NCBI GenBank assembly: GCA_026026165.1
Contig: JAPEUD010000054.1
Span: 62,001-126,000 of the forward strand
From: Sarea resinae
Taxonomy: Eukaryota
Length of the DNA: 64,000 nt
Direction of reading: 5' to 3'
This document shows, piece by piece, positions 38,223 through 49,500 of this stretch. The first letter of the stretch is position 1; every line of letters begins with the position of its first letter. A model generated the notes under the pieces. The model made no database searches and was not told the DNA's origin. It worked only from the letters and a program-made list of their open reading frames with translations. The position numbers were made by a program, and so were the translations under genes.

Positions 38223-38612
38223 GCACAAGGTGCTGAAGCGCTTCTAGCAATCAGTCAGCCAGCTGGTCAACAGTCTGTACAGATCGCCGAGTATAGATCT
38301 CCGCGTTTCGGAATAGGCAGTTCAGTGCTGTCACCTACTTTTGATACTACGATTGCGAATTTTGGGATGCTCGACGAAATATCGATGAGTTACTTGTTTA
38401 ATCCTAACGTATCGGCTTTTGGAACGGTTGATGATTCAACGATAAAACACACATATAATCTGAAGGTGGCGACTTTTAGAATGTTAGATGATTTAACAAT
38501 ACAACACAGCTTTTATCCGAACATGACAGTACTATACATCTTGAATCCGAACATGGGAATCAATGATTTATCGCAACAGGATTACCACGATCGAGTTCAG
38601 GCGGCTCCCTGA
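38172..38612 (+). pseudogene. Orphan ORF, or the 3' remnant of a longer stop-interrupted gene, with three 19-aa internal repeats
   Basis: Repeats ANFGMLDEISMSYLFNPNV / SAFGTVDDSTIKHTYNLKV / ATFRMLDDLTIQHSFYPNM. The same frame continues upstream through isolated stops. Confidence 0.4.
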
Positions 38613-38652
38613 ACGCATTCCTTCCTGTATCGGAACTATGCGTTGGGAATGC

Positions 38653-39117
38653 TCAAAGCGGCCTCAGATAGAGGAAGTCGGTAATTGGCGTGATGTAAAC
38701 GTATGTTTGGTTTGGGAAGTTGATCTTCATTCCTGGACTTAAGGCATGTGGACTTGAGGCATCTGTCTTCCTAGCCGAAACGAGTGTCGCTTCGTTCGCT
38801 CGCAGGATTAATATTTCCGATCCTTTTGGGATAATCATCCTCGCAGTGTTGTCGGCCGGTACTCGACATACAATCCATCTCATCTATGTTGTGATCAACT
38901 TGCTTTGTTCCAGGTGCTGAAATTTGCCTCTTACTGCTTGATTACAGCCTGCTACTTGGACAAGGCTGTTGATCAATTCCACTTCTCTCTGATCTATCTT
39001 GACAAGTTCCTGAAGACCTGGAACATCATTGCTGTTGCAAAAATCGTCACTGACTTCTAGCCTTGTCGAAAGAGTACTGGGTATATTGATGATCAATTCA
39101 AATCGCGAAACTTCCAT
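38653..39117 (-). pseudogene. Orphan ORF split by a single in-frame TAG (38884-38886)
   Basis: ORFs 38884-39117 and 38653-38883 are contiguous and in the same frame: ...SKLITT-TAG-MRWIVCRVP... Confidence 0.45.
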
Positions 39118-39819
39118 AGTGGTGCTTCTTTGTAACTGCGACCGATCTGAGTCAGTACCCTTAGTCTCTGCATTAGATCTTTAGGATATGCGTACATAGG
39201 TGATAATGACGCTGGCCAGCTCTACTATGAGATGACTCTAAGTGGTAGACCTTGCAACGTTTTGGTTTCACCCTGTGTAGGTGGGGCACAGAAATGATAC
39301 TATCGTGGGGCAGGGAGAAGAGATCGATCTCCATCTTCACGCCTCGTATTCGTACCGTACCTTAAATTCTGGAAAGCTCGGCCTTGGCTGCTGAGAGGTA
39401 TCGGTACCCCATCCGCTGATTAATAGACCTTGCTGGAACCTTCACCAAGCACGTCAAACGGACATTGCTCGGACACGGCCCGCGCATGGCCGGGCCGCCA
39501 ATGAGAGCGGCAGGGAGACAATCGGGATCAATGGATTGAGGCCATGGCTTCGACAGAGATACGGAGTAGACAAAAAGCCACCATGATGATAGGTCTGCTG
39601 CATTGCCCCTCAGCACGTCACATCTGTAACCTTATCTTCCGTAGTCGCCGCGTGTGTATCGCACCTGGATGAATCTACTCCGGAGTATATCCCTTACTTC
39701 AATTGCAGTATGATAGGAAGAAGTCCAAGATGTAGTACTGCTTAGAGCCAACTGTAGATTGACCAATGTAGCCTTACTATCTACACACACTCCTTATCTA
39801 ATCCTGCATGATCCCAAAC

Positions 39820-40971
39820 CTATCTCTCTTCTCCGCTCACCAGCAATATAACACTTCCCAGCTGTCGTCTGAGGTCTTCTTTGTCGACGTCATGCGTGTC
39901 CTCAACCTCTCCCCATAGGCCCGTCTGCCAGCTGACCTCCAGGCTGGAAGCCTCCGCCGCTTCCTCGATACCGAATCTCTTTTCTTCGGCCTTTCGCAAG
40001 GCCCCGAACTCTTCGCTCCATTCGACTAGCAGTCTGACGGCCACGAGCAAACTCTTGCCAGCGAGGACGCCCCGCTCCAATGCGGCCAGCTCGAAAGCAG
40101 GCAGTCCAGATATCCATCCTCTGATCACATCTTTCGTCTCTTGGGGTTGTGGCGTAGGAATGATGCTGTCGGTTTCCAAGATAGGCTTGATCTCAACGCC
40201 CGGCCAAACCCTTGAGCTCAGGAACCCGATGATCGGAAGAGCAGTCTTGACCTGGATGTCCCTAAGAGTCTCCTTGTTGTTATCTCCTTGGGTCGAATAG
40301 ACGTCGTGTGCGTTCTTCTCGGGTGCCCAGCACAGTAAAGTGTCCGTGTCCAAGTAGCCCATGACCATCTTCACGATTTCTTCGCGGGTCTGAGGATTGC
40401 CTTGAATGTCTTTCTGCTTCAGGTCGTCTGCACGTGCAGTGAGAGACGTGAGTGGAATGAGATGGTGTTTGAGGGCTTGCTGGGCCGAGACAAGCATATC
40501 CCATTCAAGGGCTATGGCTGACGCGAGATGTGACTTTGAATGCGGTACTGTGAGAACGGTTTTCGAAGGAGTCCGTACAGGTCGAGAGTCCAGATGAATT
40601 TGAAGACCCTCTGAAGGAGATGATCAGCAATTATCGCAATGTGGGTACAATTAAAAGAGCGCACCTGGCGTCTCCTTCACGGAAACATCCTTCCAGAACC
40701 GCTTCTTAAGAGCACTGCTGGGCTTCGCTGGATTCGCTCGTAATCTCTTTCCCCGTTCAAGGAGTTCCGCTTGTTTGCGACGTCGAGCAATCCGATCTTC
40801 ATACTCGGTTGCCGCGGGCGAGGGGGCTTTTGGAGGAGGGCCATGGGCTGTTACGGGCAGGGGGTTGGCTGACTTGGAAGATGTGGTGTGGATGCATTGG
40901 TATATAGGAAGATATGTAGGGCGGAAGGCTTGTGATAGCCTGGCCGAGGACGGCCTGACGAGAGATTTCAT
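39820..40971 (-). CDS. ATP12: Mitochondrial F1-ATPase assembly chaperone Atp12, 2 exons
   Basis: Arg/Ser-rich presequence, KKRFWKDVSV, IHLDSRPVRTP, ALEWD...ALKHHLIPLTSL, YLDTDTLLCWAP, LERGVLAGKSLL and WGEVEDTHDVD. Confidence 0.95.
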
Positions 40972-42307
40972 GATGATGCGGAAGATCTATAGACTCCATT
41001 AATGCTCTGCAGACAATTATGGTAGACTTTTCCTGAGAAGTTCGCACCTTATGTGAGATTATGACGGATGGACTTTGAGGCACAACACTCTTGAAGCTCT
41101 CGAGCTTTCCTCGAACGAGATAGATTGATAACGGCCGTTGATGTCACTATGGTAAGCCGTAGCTCCGGCGCGGCTCACGACTGGATCGCTTGCTGCACTC
41201 TACTTAGTACTCTGTACTGTGTACTCCTACCTTCCCAAGCGACACCCGCGCCTTTTATCATTGGTCCTTTGGTCAGTGTTTACCTATCTGGATATTCATT
41301 TGCATGAATTGGAAGTCAATTTTCTCAGTGATGAAGGGGCGGACTGTGGAGCGACATGACCGTGGAGAAACTGAAGATAATGAATTATCTTGTCACCGCT
41401 GGAATATGGTAATTCCGTGTATTTCTACTCCATAGCCATATGGTCAAGATATCCTAACATATACTCCGTATACCTTAGATCGATGGAGGGGCGTGGCTAG
41501 TCCATGTTCTTCCAGGTATTTGCGTGCTTGTGTGCCCCGATTTAACTCTCGGACAAGAGAAAAATATTGCATGAGGAATCAAGTTCGGGTCCACTGGAAT
41601 TTTCAATTAATCTCGGCACTCCTTACTAGCCTTCGAAACCAATCCTCTCTGATGGGGGTATGTAAGTTGTTATTTGTGACTTTACAAAGGCTGCCTAACC
41701 ACCAAGGTTCCCATCCACAATCTCGACCGTGACATCCCAGGCGCTCCCACTGGCGATCTTTGATTGGAGTCATTCTGGTTGTGATACGCTGCTGACCGCC
41801 GGCAAGGCTCTCCTGCTCCTCCTTTGCTTGAGCCTGTCAAGAAAACATGGACGCCATGCAAGAGACCGAGGCTGTCACGCCTTGCATCCCTGCTCCAGCC
41901 ATGGACACCTTGGAGGCTGCTGTGACGAAGTTGCCGTGGCGCCAGGAATTCAAGGCGCTGGGTAGGCTTGCTTACTTACTTTTGTAGCGTCCAAAAGAAA
42001 AACCTTCAATTGAGAGTGAAGAGCGGTGTCAGGAGCTCCAAGACAAATGGATATAAAATCCACATTTCGGATGTAGGAAAAAGTTCCTGTTCACTAGATC
42101 AATTCTGACCCTGACAGAAAGGTATCCCGCTTCTCCGATCTCTTGTTTGTTTGTTGACTTAAACTGACAAGTGTTGGCAGCTTCGATCCTTAATCCTCGT
42201 ACTGCTGTCTGACAGTCCCGCGCAAAGCATCAACTTCCGCTCCATCATCACTTATCTTCACGACTTCTTATATCGATCTACTGCTCAGGACGAGCATCCA
42301 TCAGACT

Positions 42308-42475
42308 ATGGGTGCCCTCGAACACCAATTCACCAAGGATCAGCTGGACTATATCAACCTGCTTCGAGAAGTCCAGAAGCAGTCTTGGAGCGGCGTGACA
42401 AAGGCTTTCAATGCCAAATTTAGCACGAACATCACCATAGACGAGATCCGTTGGGCTTATTCGAACCTGGCGTGA
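42308..42475 (+). CDS. Small 55-aa ORF resembling a Myb/SANT/homeodomain-like helix-turn-helix (missed by the ORF track)
   Basis: MGALEHQFTKDQLDYINLLREVQKQSWSGVTKAFNAKFSTNITIDEIRWAYSNLA shows a three-helix pattern: FT..Q...I..LR, W..V...FN..F, ...I...Y..L. Confidence 0.55.
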   Translation: MGALEHQFTKDQLDYINLLREVQKQSWSGVTKAFNAKFSTNITIDEIRWAYSNLA

Positions 42476-43582
42476 GAATAAGTGTGGACATCTGGTGTTA
42501 GAGCTTCTCCGGTAGCTGCGGCGCGAGGATGTCCCGGAAATGATCCTGCGCCGTCCTCGTTCAAGAAAGTATATTCGGAGGCATATTGGAAACATATCGG
42601 AGGTATAATGGATTGGTAACAAGGATGAGGTGCAGGACTATGAGGGTATTCCTGGGCCACGCTGGGCCCCCGAAAAGTTCTTTACAGGCCTTGTGGAAGC
42701 ACGGGGAACGAAGGCATTGTCTTTCCTTGCCAAATATCTTCGGCTTCAATTAGTTACAAAAGATCTGATTTTCGTTCTGCAGCGTATCATATCTTTCGAG
42801 AGGGGTATTTGGGGTGCAATGCTACGTTCGTTAAGCTTGGAAATATTGTATTTGATGCGCCGCCGAATGTGTTGTCTGCGATCTCTTGCTACATATAGGC
42901 TTCATCTGGTCCTCAATGATACAATCATTCAAGGCCCAACTCAACACTTTCCTCGGCAAGAGCATTCGAAGGAGGGTATAACTGTTAGATATTTTCTCGA
43001 TACGCTATAAGGTTCAAAGTAGCCTCTATTAATGGCCCGTCAGGAAGAAGGGCCGAGGGTCTCTTGACGTCTCGCTTGGTCATAGACTACCTAACAGCCA
43101 AACCCCGCGACCCCGCGGGTCGTGGCGAGGCCATCCAGCCCCATATTCCTCAGGCCATCTAATGATTATTGAGTCTTACGATGAGAAAATACTCGGTCTC
43201 TAGCTGTACTCAAATGCCAAGAAGGAAGCAATGAGCCAGAGTTTGTCAATTGCAATTTATGAATCGCAAGGGCTCTAGTGCTCCACCTACTTAAAAGCCT
43301 GCTTCAGCATTTTCATGAGCTCATCATCTACTACTCAGGCACGATCTACTACGTCAGCATTTAATCGTTCTCTGTTAATACAGTGTGAACATTGCCAACA
43401 CATATACCATGGATCCATCTTCACATTCTAAGCCAATGATTTCTCAATCCCGCTCTCACCTGCTACATTCCGGCTTTACCAAGATCCTATCACCCTCAAC
43501 TCTACGACATCCACAGAAGACTTTCACCGCACAGATACAGCAGCAAGAGCAGGAAGAGCAACAACGAAGACAGGCTTCCACC

Positions 43583-44295
43583 ATGTCTACCAACCCGGGA
43601 GAGGCCTTTGAGCCGCGTCAAACTTCCACCAGTGAAGACTATACGCCTAATTCGAAGGAGTCTCTGCCCTTGAGCCCTGCTCGTCAGCGACTCGTCGACG
43701 ACATCATTGCATTATACAGCTGCGAACCAACCATCGAGCGAGTAAAGCGCTATACGCCGGATTGTGTCTATGATGATCAGTTCGTGTACGCCAATGATCG
43801 CTACAAGATGGCAGCACAATGGTTTGCCCTACCAAAGCTTTTCAGTGCCAGCAAGAACGAACGATATCAGGTTATTAAAAACGACCGAGACTTGATCCAG
43901 TTCAAGAATGAACAGGTACGAGAAGCCACATCTACTATTATTTGAATTATATTTGTGTGATTCGAATTCAGACTAAAACAAACTAGTCCTGGACATTTAA
44001 AATCATCCCGAAGACGGCCACCATCAACGCTCTCGTTTCCCTTTCCCTTGATCCTACTACGGTAGACTCGGACTTCATTCAAGTCAAGTATCACAAGGAT
44101 CAAGCTAACGACAAAGACTATTCGCACGAAGGCCTAGGCTTCACTTTCAAGAAATTTCAAGCTGATCAGGTCCCGAAACTGATGAATAGCAAAGAGGTGG
44201 AGGCGTTCGCAGCAGACAAAGGAGCAGCTAAAGAGCATGTCCGTAAATACGGAAGTGGGGCTGAGGAGGGTGATGCACCCAAGCAGACGTTTTGA
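43583..44295 (+). CDS. Conserved hypothetical protein with SnoaL/NTF2-like fold, 2 exons (intron 43916-43986)
   Basis: RLVDDIIALYSCEPT...RYTPDCVYDDQFVYANDRYKMAAQWFALPKLF...QVKYHKDQ. The spliced frame is open to TGA at 44295. Confidence 0.8.
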
Positions 44296-44864
44296 GATCT
44301 TTGTACACAATGGCGTTATGAATTGAGATCTTCATTCGAGTACGCCCATGGTATATCTGGCAATTGATATGGGAGATTCAAGCTCGCAAGTTTCTGTACC
44401 ATAGAGCAAGGCACTATTTCATTACATATCAGTGTCATTGCTATTGTTATCCCGTCGACGCCTTTGGTCCTGTTCTCGTCAAGCCTCCATGTCGTTTGCG
44501 TCGCTGATCTCAACGGGGACTTCTGATGACGAATGTATTAGTCAGCAGTCAGAGCGGACAGATCGCCAACCTCCATCCTCAACGAACTCTGCCAGTTCAA
44601 CAGAAAGGATTAAGGGCGAAGATGGACGTATATTTGGAGCGACGAATGTACAAATTTCTCTATATTTCCAGCTGGTCGCATCTCTCCGATGCCCTCCATA
44701 TAGGATCACCAGGATGATCCCACATGGTACGGATACCAGGAATGAAGCTATGCATTTTTGCCAAGGCTTGCAGCCCGCTCTCGGGCAGAACCGCCAGCTC
44801 CACAATGCCCTTTCGCCGTCCCAGAGTATCCCTTTCTGGGAGACTTGAAGAGATGAATCTCTAA

Positions 44865-44896
44865 CCTCCTCTGATATCGCCCTCCTCTGATATCGC
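44865..44896. repeat. Perfect 16-bp tandem duplication CCTCCTCTGATATCGC x2
   Basis: Seen directly. Confidence 0.9.
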
Positions 44897-44928
44897 CCTG
44901 ATCAATATGCAACCTTCAGTCGCCGAGG

Positions 44929-46545
44929 TCAGGTCCGCATATACCAGGGCGCCCCTATCGAGAGCTGTCTCGATGTTGAAGCAGCAATCGACCACAAGCT
45001 TTGCAGCCCGTCGAATAGCCTGAATACCTTCATTGATCTTCGATACATACCCAAGGGCTTCTGCTTTATGTGGCCGCTTCTCTGTCTCTTCCTTGCGCTT
45101 CTGGTGGCCTTGTATATCTTTCGCTGAGAATCTTTGTACCTCGTTCCAGTTTGTCGATTACTACTTTTGAAGAAGCTTACGGAGCTTGTAATCATGTCAA
45201 CTGGGTAGTCCGGGAAAGACATCCTTGTTCCTGCCTCTTTGGTGTTTGTTTCCTTTCGCTCCATCATTTCGATCAAATCTCCTACCGAGCAATGTTTTCC
45301 GAGCAAAATCAGCTCCTGGGCTTCTGCAGCCCATACAAGTCTTCCAACGCAGCAATAGGGCCTACCTGACTGCTTCGATTACTGCTTTCAACTCTTCTTG
45401 CACGCACGACTCAAAAGATTCCGCGGTGTATAGCATGTGCCGCACGATCGACCCTTCTGTTCTCATCTTCGTCTTCGAGTTCCGCTCTTGTCTTCTGCGC
45501 TCTAAGCTGGGCACGCTTTTCTGCAAATCCGCTCTTGTATCCCAGCTTCCATCGCTGTTTCAGACGCTCATTGAGCCATGATTTCGAAAGGAGTGGATCG
45601 GAAAGGATGTTTGGAAGCGAAGGGCTCCGCCGTATGTCCTCGTCGTGGACTCTCAAGCTCTGCAGCTGCAGGATATACTCCATTGGGACCTTGACATCAG
45701 AATCGTCTCCAGAAAGCTCTTCCCTTCAACTTTATATCGATGTACTCTTAGCCGCTCGAGTGCTATCGTATCGTCAGTGAACCTATCGATGGCTGGATCT
45801 TGGATCGCTCGCCCTTGTCCAGAAGGAACCTTTATTTTGGGAGCGGAGTCAGATGTCTCGCTTTCCTCTCGTATCTTGTGCAGCAGACTAAATTCTAGTC
45901 CGATCAGTTGCGCGTAGACCAACTCGACCATTCCGGAGGACTTTGGGAGTCCTCTAGATATACAAGGATCAGACCATTGAGAAGATGTGGTGACTCCGGA
46001 TCTGTGCTCTCATCTGCCACGAGCGTCAGCATCTTCGAACTCAGAGTAGCAGAGACTAGAGAGACCGCCATCCTTTGCATCTGCTGAATTCTCATCCCAT
46101 CTTTGAGAACGCTGTAGGCGATATGTTTGTCGCCGCGATTGGCTGTTGGTTCCTTGAAAAGTGGTCGCGCCACGTCAATACAGTTAGAGATCACAATGTA
46201 CTCGCCTTGATCTAGTACAGTGTCACGTCTCGGGCTCCTGAAAAGTTCTCCTTGGTCTCCATGATCATTCCGGGAGGGCTCGGCGTGGATGTCAAGGTTC
46301 TGGTATTGAGCATTGTCTTCTCTGGCCAACTGCTCAAGGAGACTTCCGGTAGTGATCAATACACAATCGTGCGGGAACCTCTGTCGCATCATCAATATAC
46401 CGTTTCCTCGGTGTGCGGTGTGATTGAAAGAGGTCACTGACAAATGGGTGGTTGTGTTTCTTCGAAGTGGATTAGTGCCTCATATGCTGGTGGCGGAGGA
46501 TGGCCGTCGAGGACTCACGAAATATACGACCTGGGTCAATCATCT
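44929..46545 (-). pseudogene. Probable frameshifted gene remnant of unknown family
   Basis: Chain of overlapping or adjacent protein-like ORFs in different frames on one strand (45904-46443, 45653-45931, 45411-45683, 44929-45306). An intron-like GTGAGT...CTAAT...AAG lies at about 46518-46460. Confidence 0.4.
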
Positions 46546-49500
46546 GGACATTGAGTCTAAAGAGCAAAGAGCAAGGTGCTGGACTGGCTATACCGCTCTA
46601 CAAACAAGATACCCAATAGGGTAGCTACCTACTTCGGTACCGTACGCAAAAATGTCAAAAAGCTCAGACTACTCCGTCGAGTAGTCCTACGAAAACCCTC
46701 CGGCGGAGGATTTATCTCATTGGCCGTCACCAGGCTACCGTATACTATAACGGTAGCTGAAAGGACTACCTGGGCAGTCGTGTAGCCCCCGGTCTCATTT
46801 TATGTTGGCTATAATTTCTTGTCATCGACGCGATTCGAACTGGAGCCCCCAAAGTCATATCCCCCTGATCCGTCACCCCCATGACGCGTGGCTAGACAGA
46901 CATTACCGCATGAGGCCACCGATGTGACCACTGCACCAACGACCTTTCTGTTGGAAAAGGATGCTTTAAACAACATTATATGGCCTCGATTCGGGTTTCA
47001 CGTCCGGTAGAATCACCCATCAACTCCTGTCTTATACGGCCGTCGATCTTGTTCACATGCTCACACACCTCAACCCTCTTAATTCGCTCTACTGGAAGCT
47101 GTCACCAGATTTCCTCTTGGGGCCCTGCACACTCCATCATTCAAGCACCTCCATATGAAGCTATCACCAGATTTACGTCTTCGAATCTTCAATGCGCAAC
47201 GCCACACAGACACCAGCCAGGAAATCTACCCCACATCTGCGCATGGATATCTCCTGCTTTGCTTCAATCTTTATCTGCGTGCATGTTGAGATGCTCGCAT
47301 ACTTGAACAGCTATCACAATATTCAGTCTTGTTGATTTTGCTGTCTCGTCGCACAGGAAAGGGGTGTGACCCTTGGCATGCTATAGACATATCCTGCTTT
47401 ACCTTTATTCAAAAGCAGTCATGGTGTTTACGGCGCCAAGTAATACGCACAGCTTCTTCCAAGCTTTCGCGATCTCTATGTCTTGGAGCTGTCAGCGACT
47501 TCGATAGGTCACGTCGCTCATGAGAAGATGCGGCAGTCCAGGCATAGTCTCCTTCACGCATCTTCCGTCACAATTCACACCCTCATACCTATTCTTTCAT
47601 CCAATCGTCACCGGATTGAAGCCATCAACACTTTTGCGTCTCAAGTATTTGGTGTGACAGTTGCGCTACGTCGCCCACGTGACATGAGCAACGCAAGAAG
47701 CGCGTGTGATCGGACTCGAATTGAAGCTATCACCCTATATACGATTCATGGTTTCGGATCGGCATTGGGCCTGATCTCGGCTTCTTATGGTAGCGGCCAA
47801 ATGTAAACAAGCATCCATCCTCTTCTCTATCTTGACTGAGATCGTAGGATGCACGCATCCTGAGCGAGCTGATGCAGTCTGATCTCCACGGAGCGCCATC
47901 GTCATATCTCTATCTTAGAGTCTTGAGACGTGCGCCACGCCAGGTCGCAGCGTATGAAGAGTAGACATTGGCATAGCTCTTCCCAAGCATATCGACATCT
48001 CCTAAATCACCTATCATATGTTCACGCACGAAGTTGAGATGCAATCATCAAAGTCTCAGATGTGAGGCCATCACGGACCTCATATCTCGAGAATTCGGGC
48101 TTTTGCTGCGCCATGACGATCTGCATAGTGGGGCTTCCTGATATGTTTCTGTAGATGGATGCTTCTTCATTTACGTCGGCTTGGAATCATATCGCATGCA
48201 TATGAGCTTCTTATCCCGAACGAAGCTATCGCCAAATCCATGTCTTGAGCTCAAATTTCTAGGCGTTGAATCTGCCATTGCGAGCAGCGACGTAGGATAC
48301 ACAGATGGTGGATATAAGGAGAGAAATATAGCTTCTCCGAATTGCGTCACGATTACACTGCACATAGCATGCTATGTGCGCTGTGGGATCGTAGATTTGT
48401 ATTACCTTGACAAAGGCAATATATCTGCGACGACCGCAACTCCACCCATGAGTATGATATAGATGGCACCCTGGCTTATCATTTCCGACCGACCGACGGC
48501 AATATCCTTCCAACCTCACAGCGAAGACTAGGCTTTCGAAATCGAACTTGAAACCCCTAGTCTCTGACCCCCTTTTCTACTTCGAAAGAGATCATCGAAA
48601 TTGTCTGCGAAAAGCTCAAATTAGTCCGTACGATTTACCTATCAGAAGCTCAGCTAGAGTTTTACTGTTACCGCTTAACCGCATCAGGTTATATATGATG
48701 TTAGGCTTGGCGGTCACTTGTTTGTCATTCGTGTGCATGGCCTTTAGCCTGGCAACAAAGCTGTAGTTGTCGCGGTAAATGACCTTTACGGTCATTGAAG
48801 ATGCGGAGTAATCGCCGTCTCCACCCAATGAATAGGGGCTTGATCCTTGCTGTCTAGCGCGCGCTCGTATAGTTGGCGGATCACGCTCCATTGCCTGAGC
48901 TGCGTTGTACGGCCTTGAGCAAAGCTGCGACAGGTTCTGGGCACGCGTATGCTGGACCGAAGAACGGCCACATGAAATATGGCTCTGTTCCGCTGGTTTT
49001 GTTATGTTCTGGCTAGCTGGGTGGTGGTCGTGATTATATGCTTCCGAAGAAACTCGATATGCTGGATTTCTTGCCCCTGACTCGTGTGCGGGTTCTGACA
49101 CTTCTTATTGAGTATGAGGGCCGCTTTCTAGTGTAGGGAAGCGCAGGCGCTGCGAGGGCATGTGAAGCCATGCCGCCGCAGCTGGGGTGGCTGCATCTTA
49201 TGCATTCGTTTCGCGACGGCGTCGACCTCTGGATCCGTCTTGGAATGGAATTGGTGTGGAATTGTTTATCGCACTCATCGGTCCGCCCATACTTGTCTTG
49301 CCCATCGGGCGGTCAATGCTATCAATCCGATGAAATTGCCTGCGGTGGCCATCAAGAATATCATTCAGGGCGAAGCCTTACCTTTCAGCGTCATGCAATC
49401 TTCTTAAGCCCTTCAAGAGCCTCGACGAAAGGCATTTGGTCTTGCTCAAATTGACACGACAGAGTCGGCTCATTGGGTACCATGACAATGATGCTAGCAA

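Noticed and set aside
43106..43124. GC-rich hairpin CGCGACCC-CGC-GGGTCGTG
   Set aside because: Short and isolated, with no flanking TSD or second copy seen.
47483..47806. GFGSALGLISASYG as an ankyrin remnant
   Set aside because: Only one loose motif, with no ankyrin periodicity.
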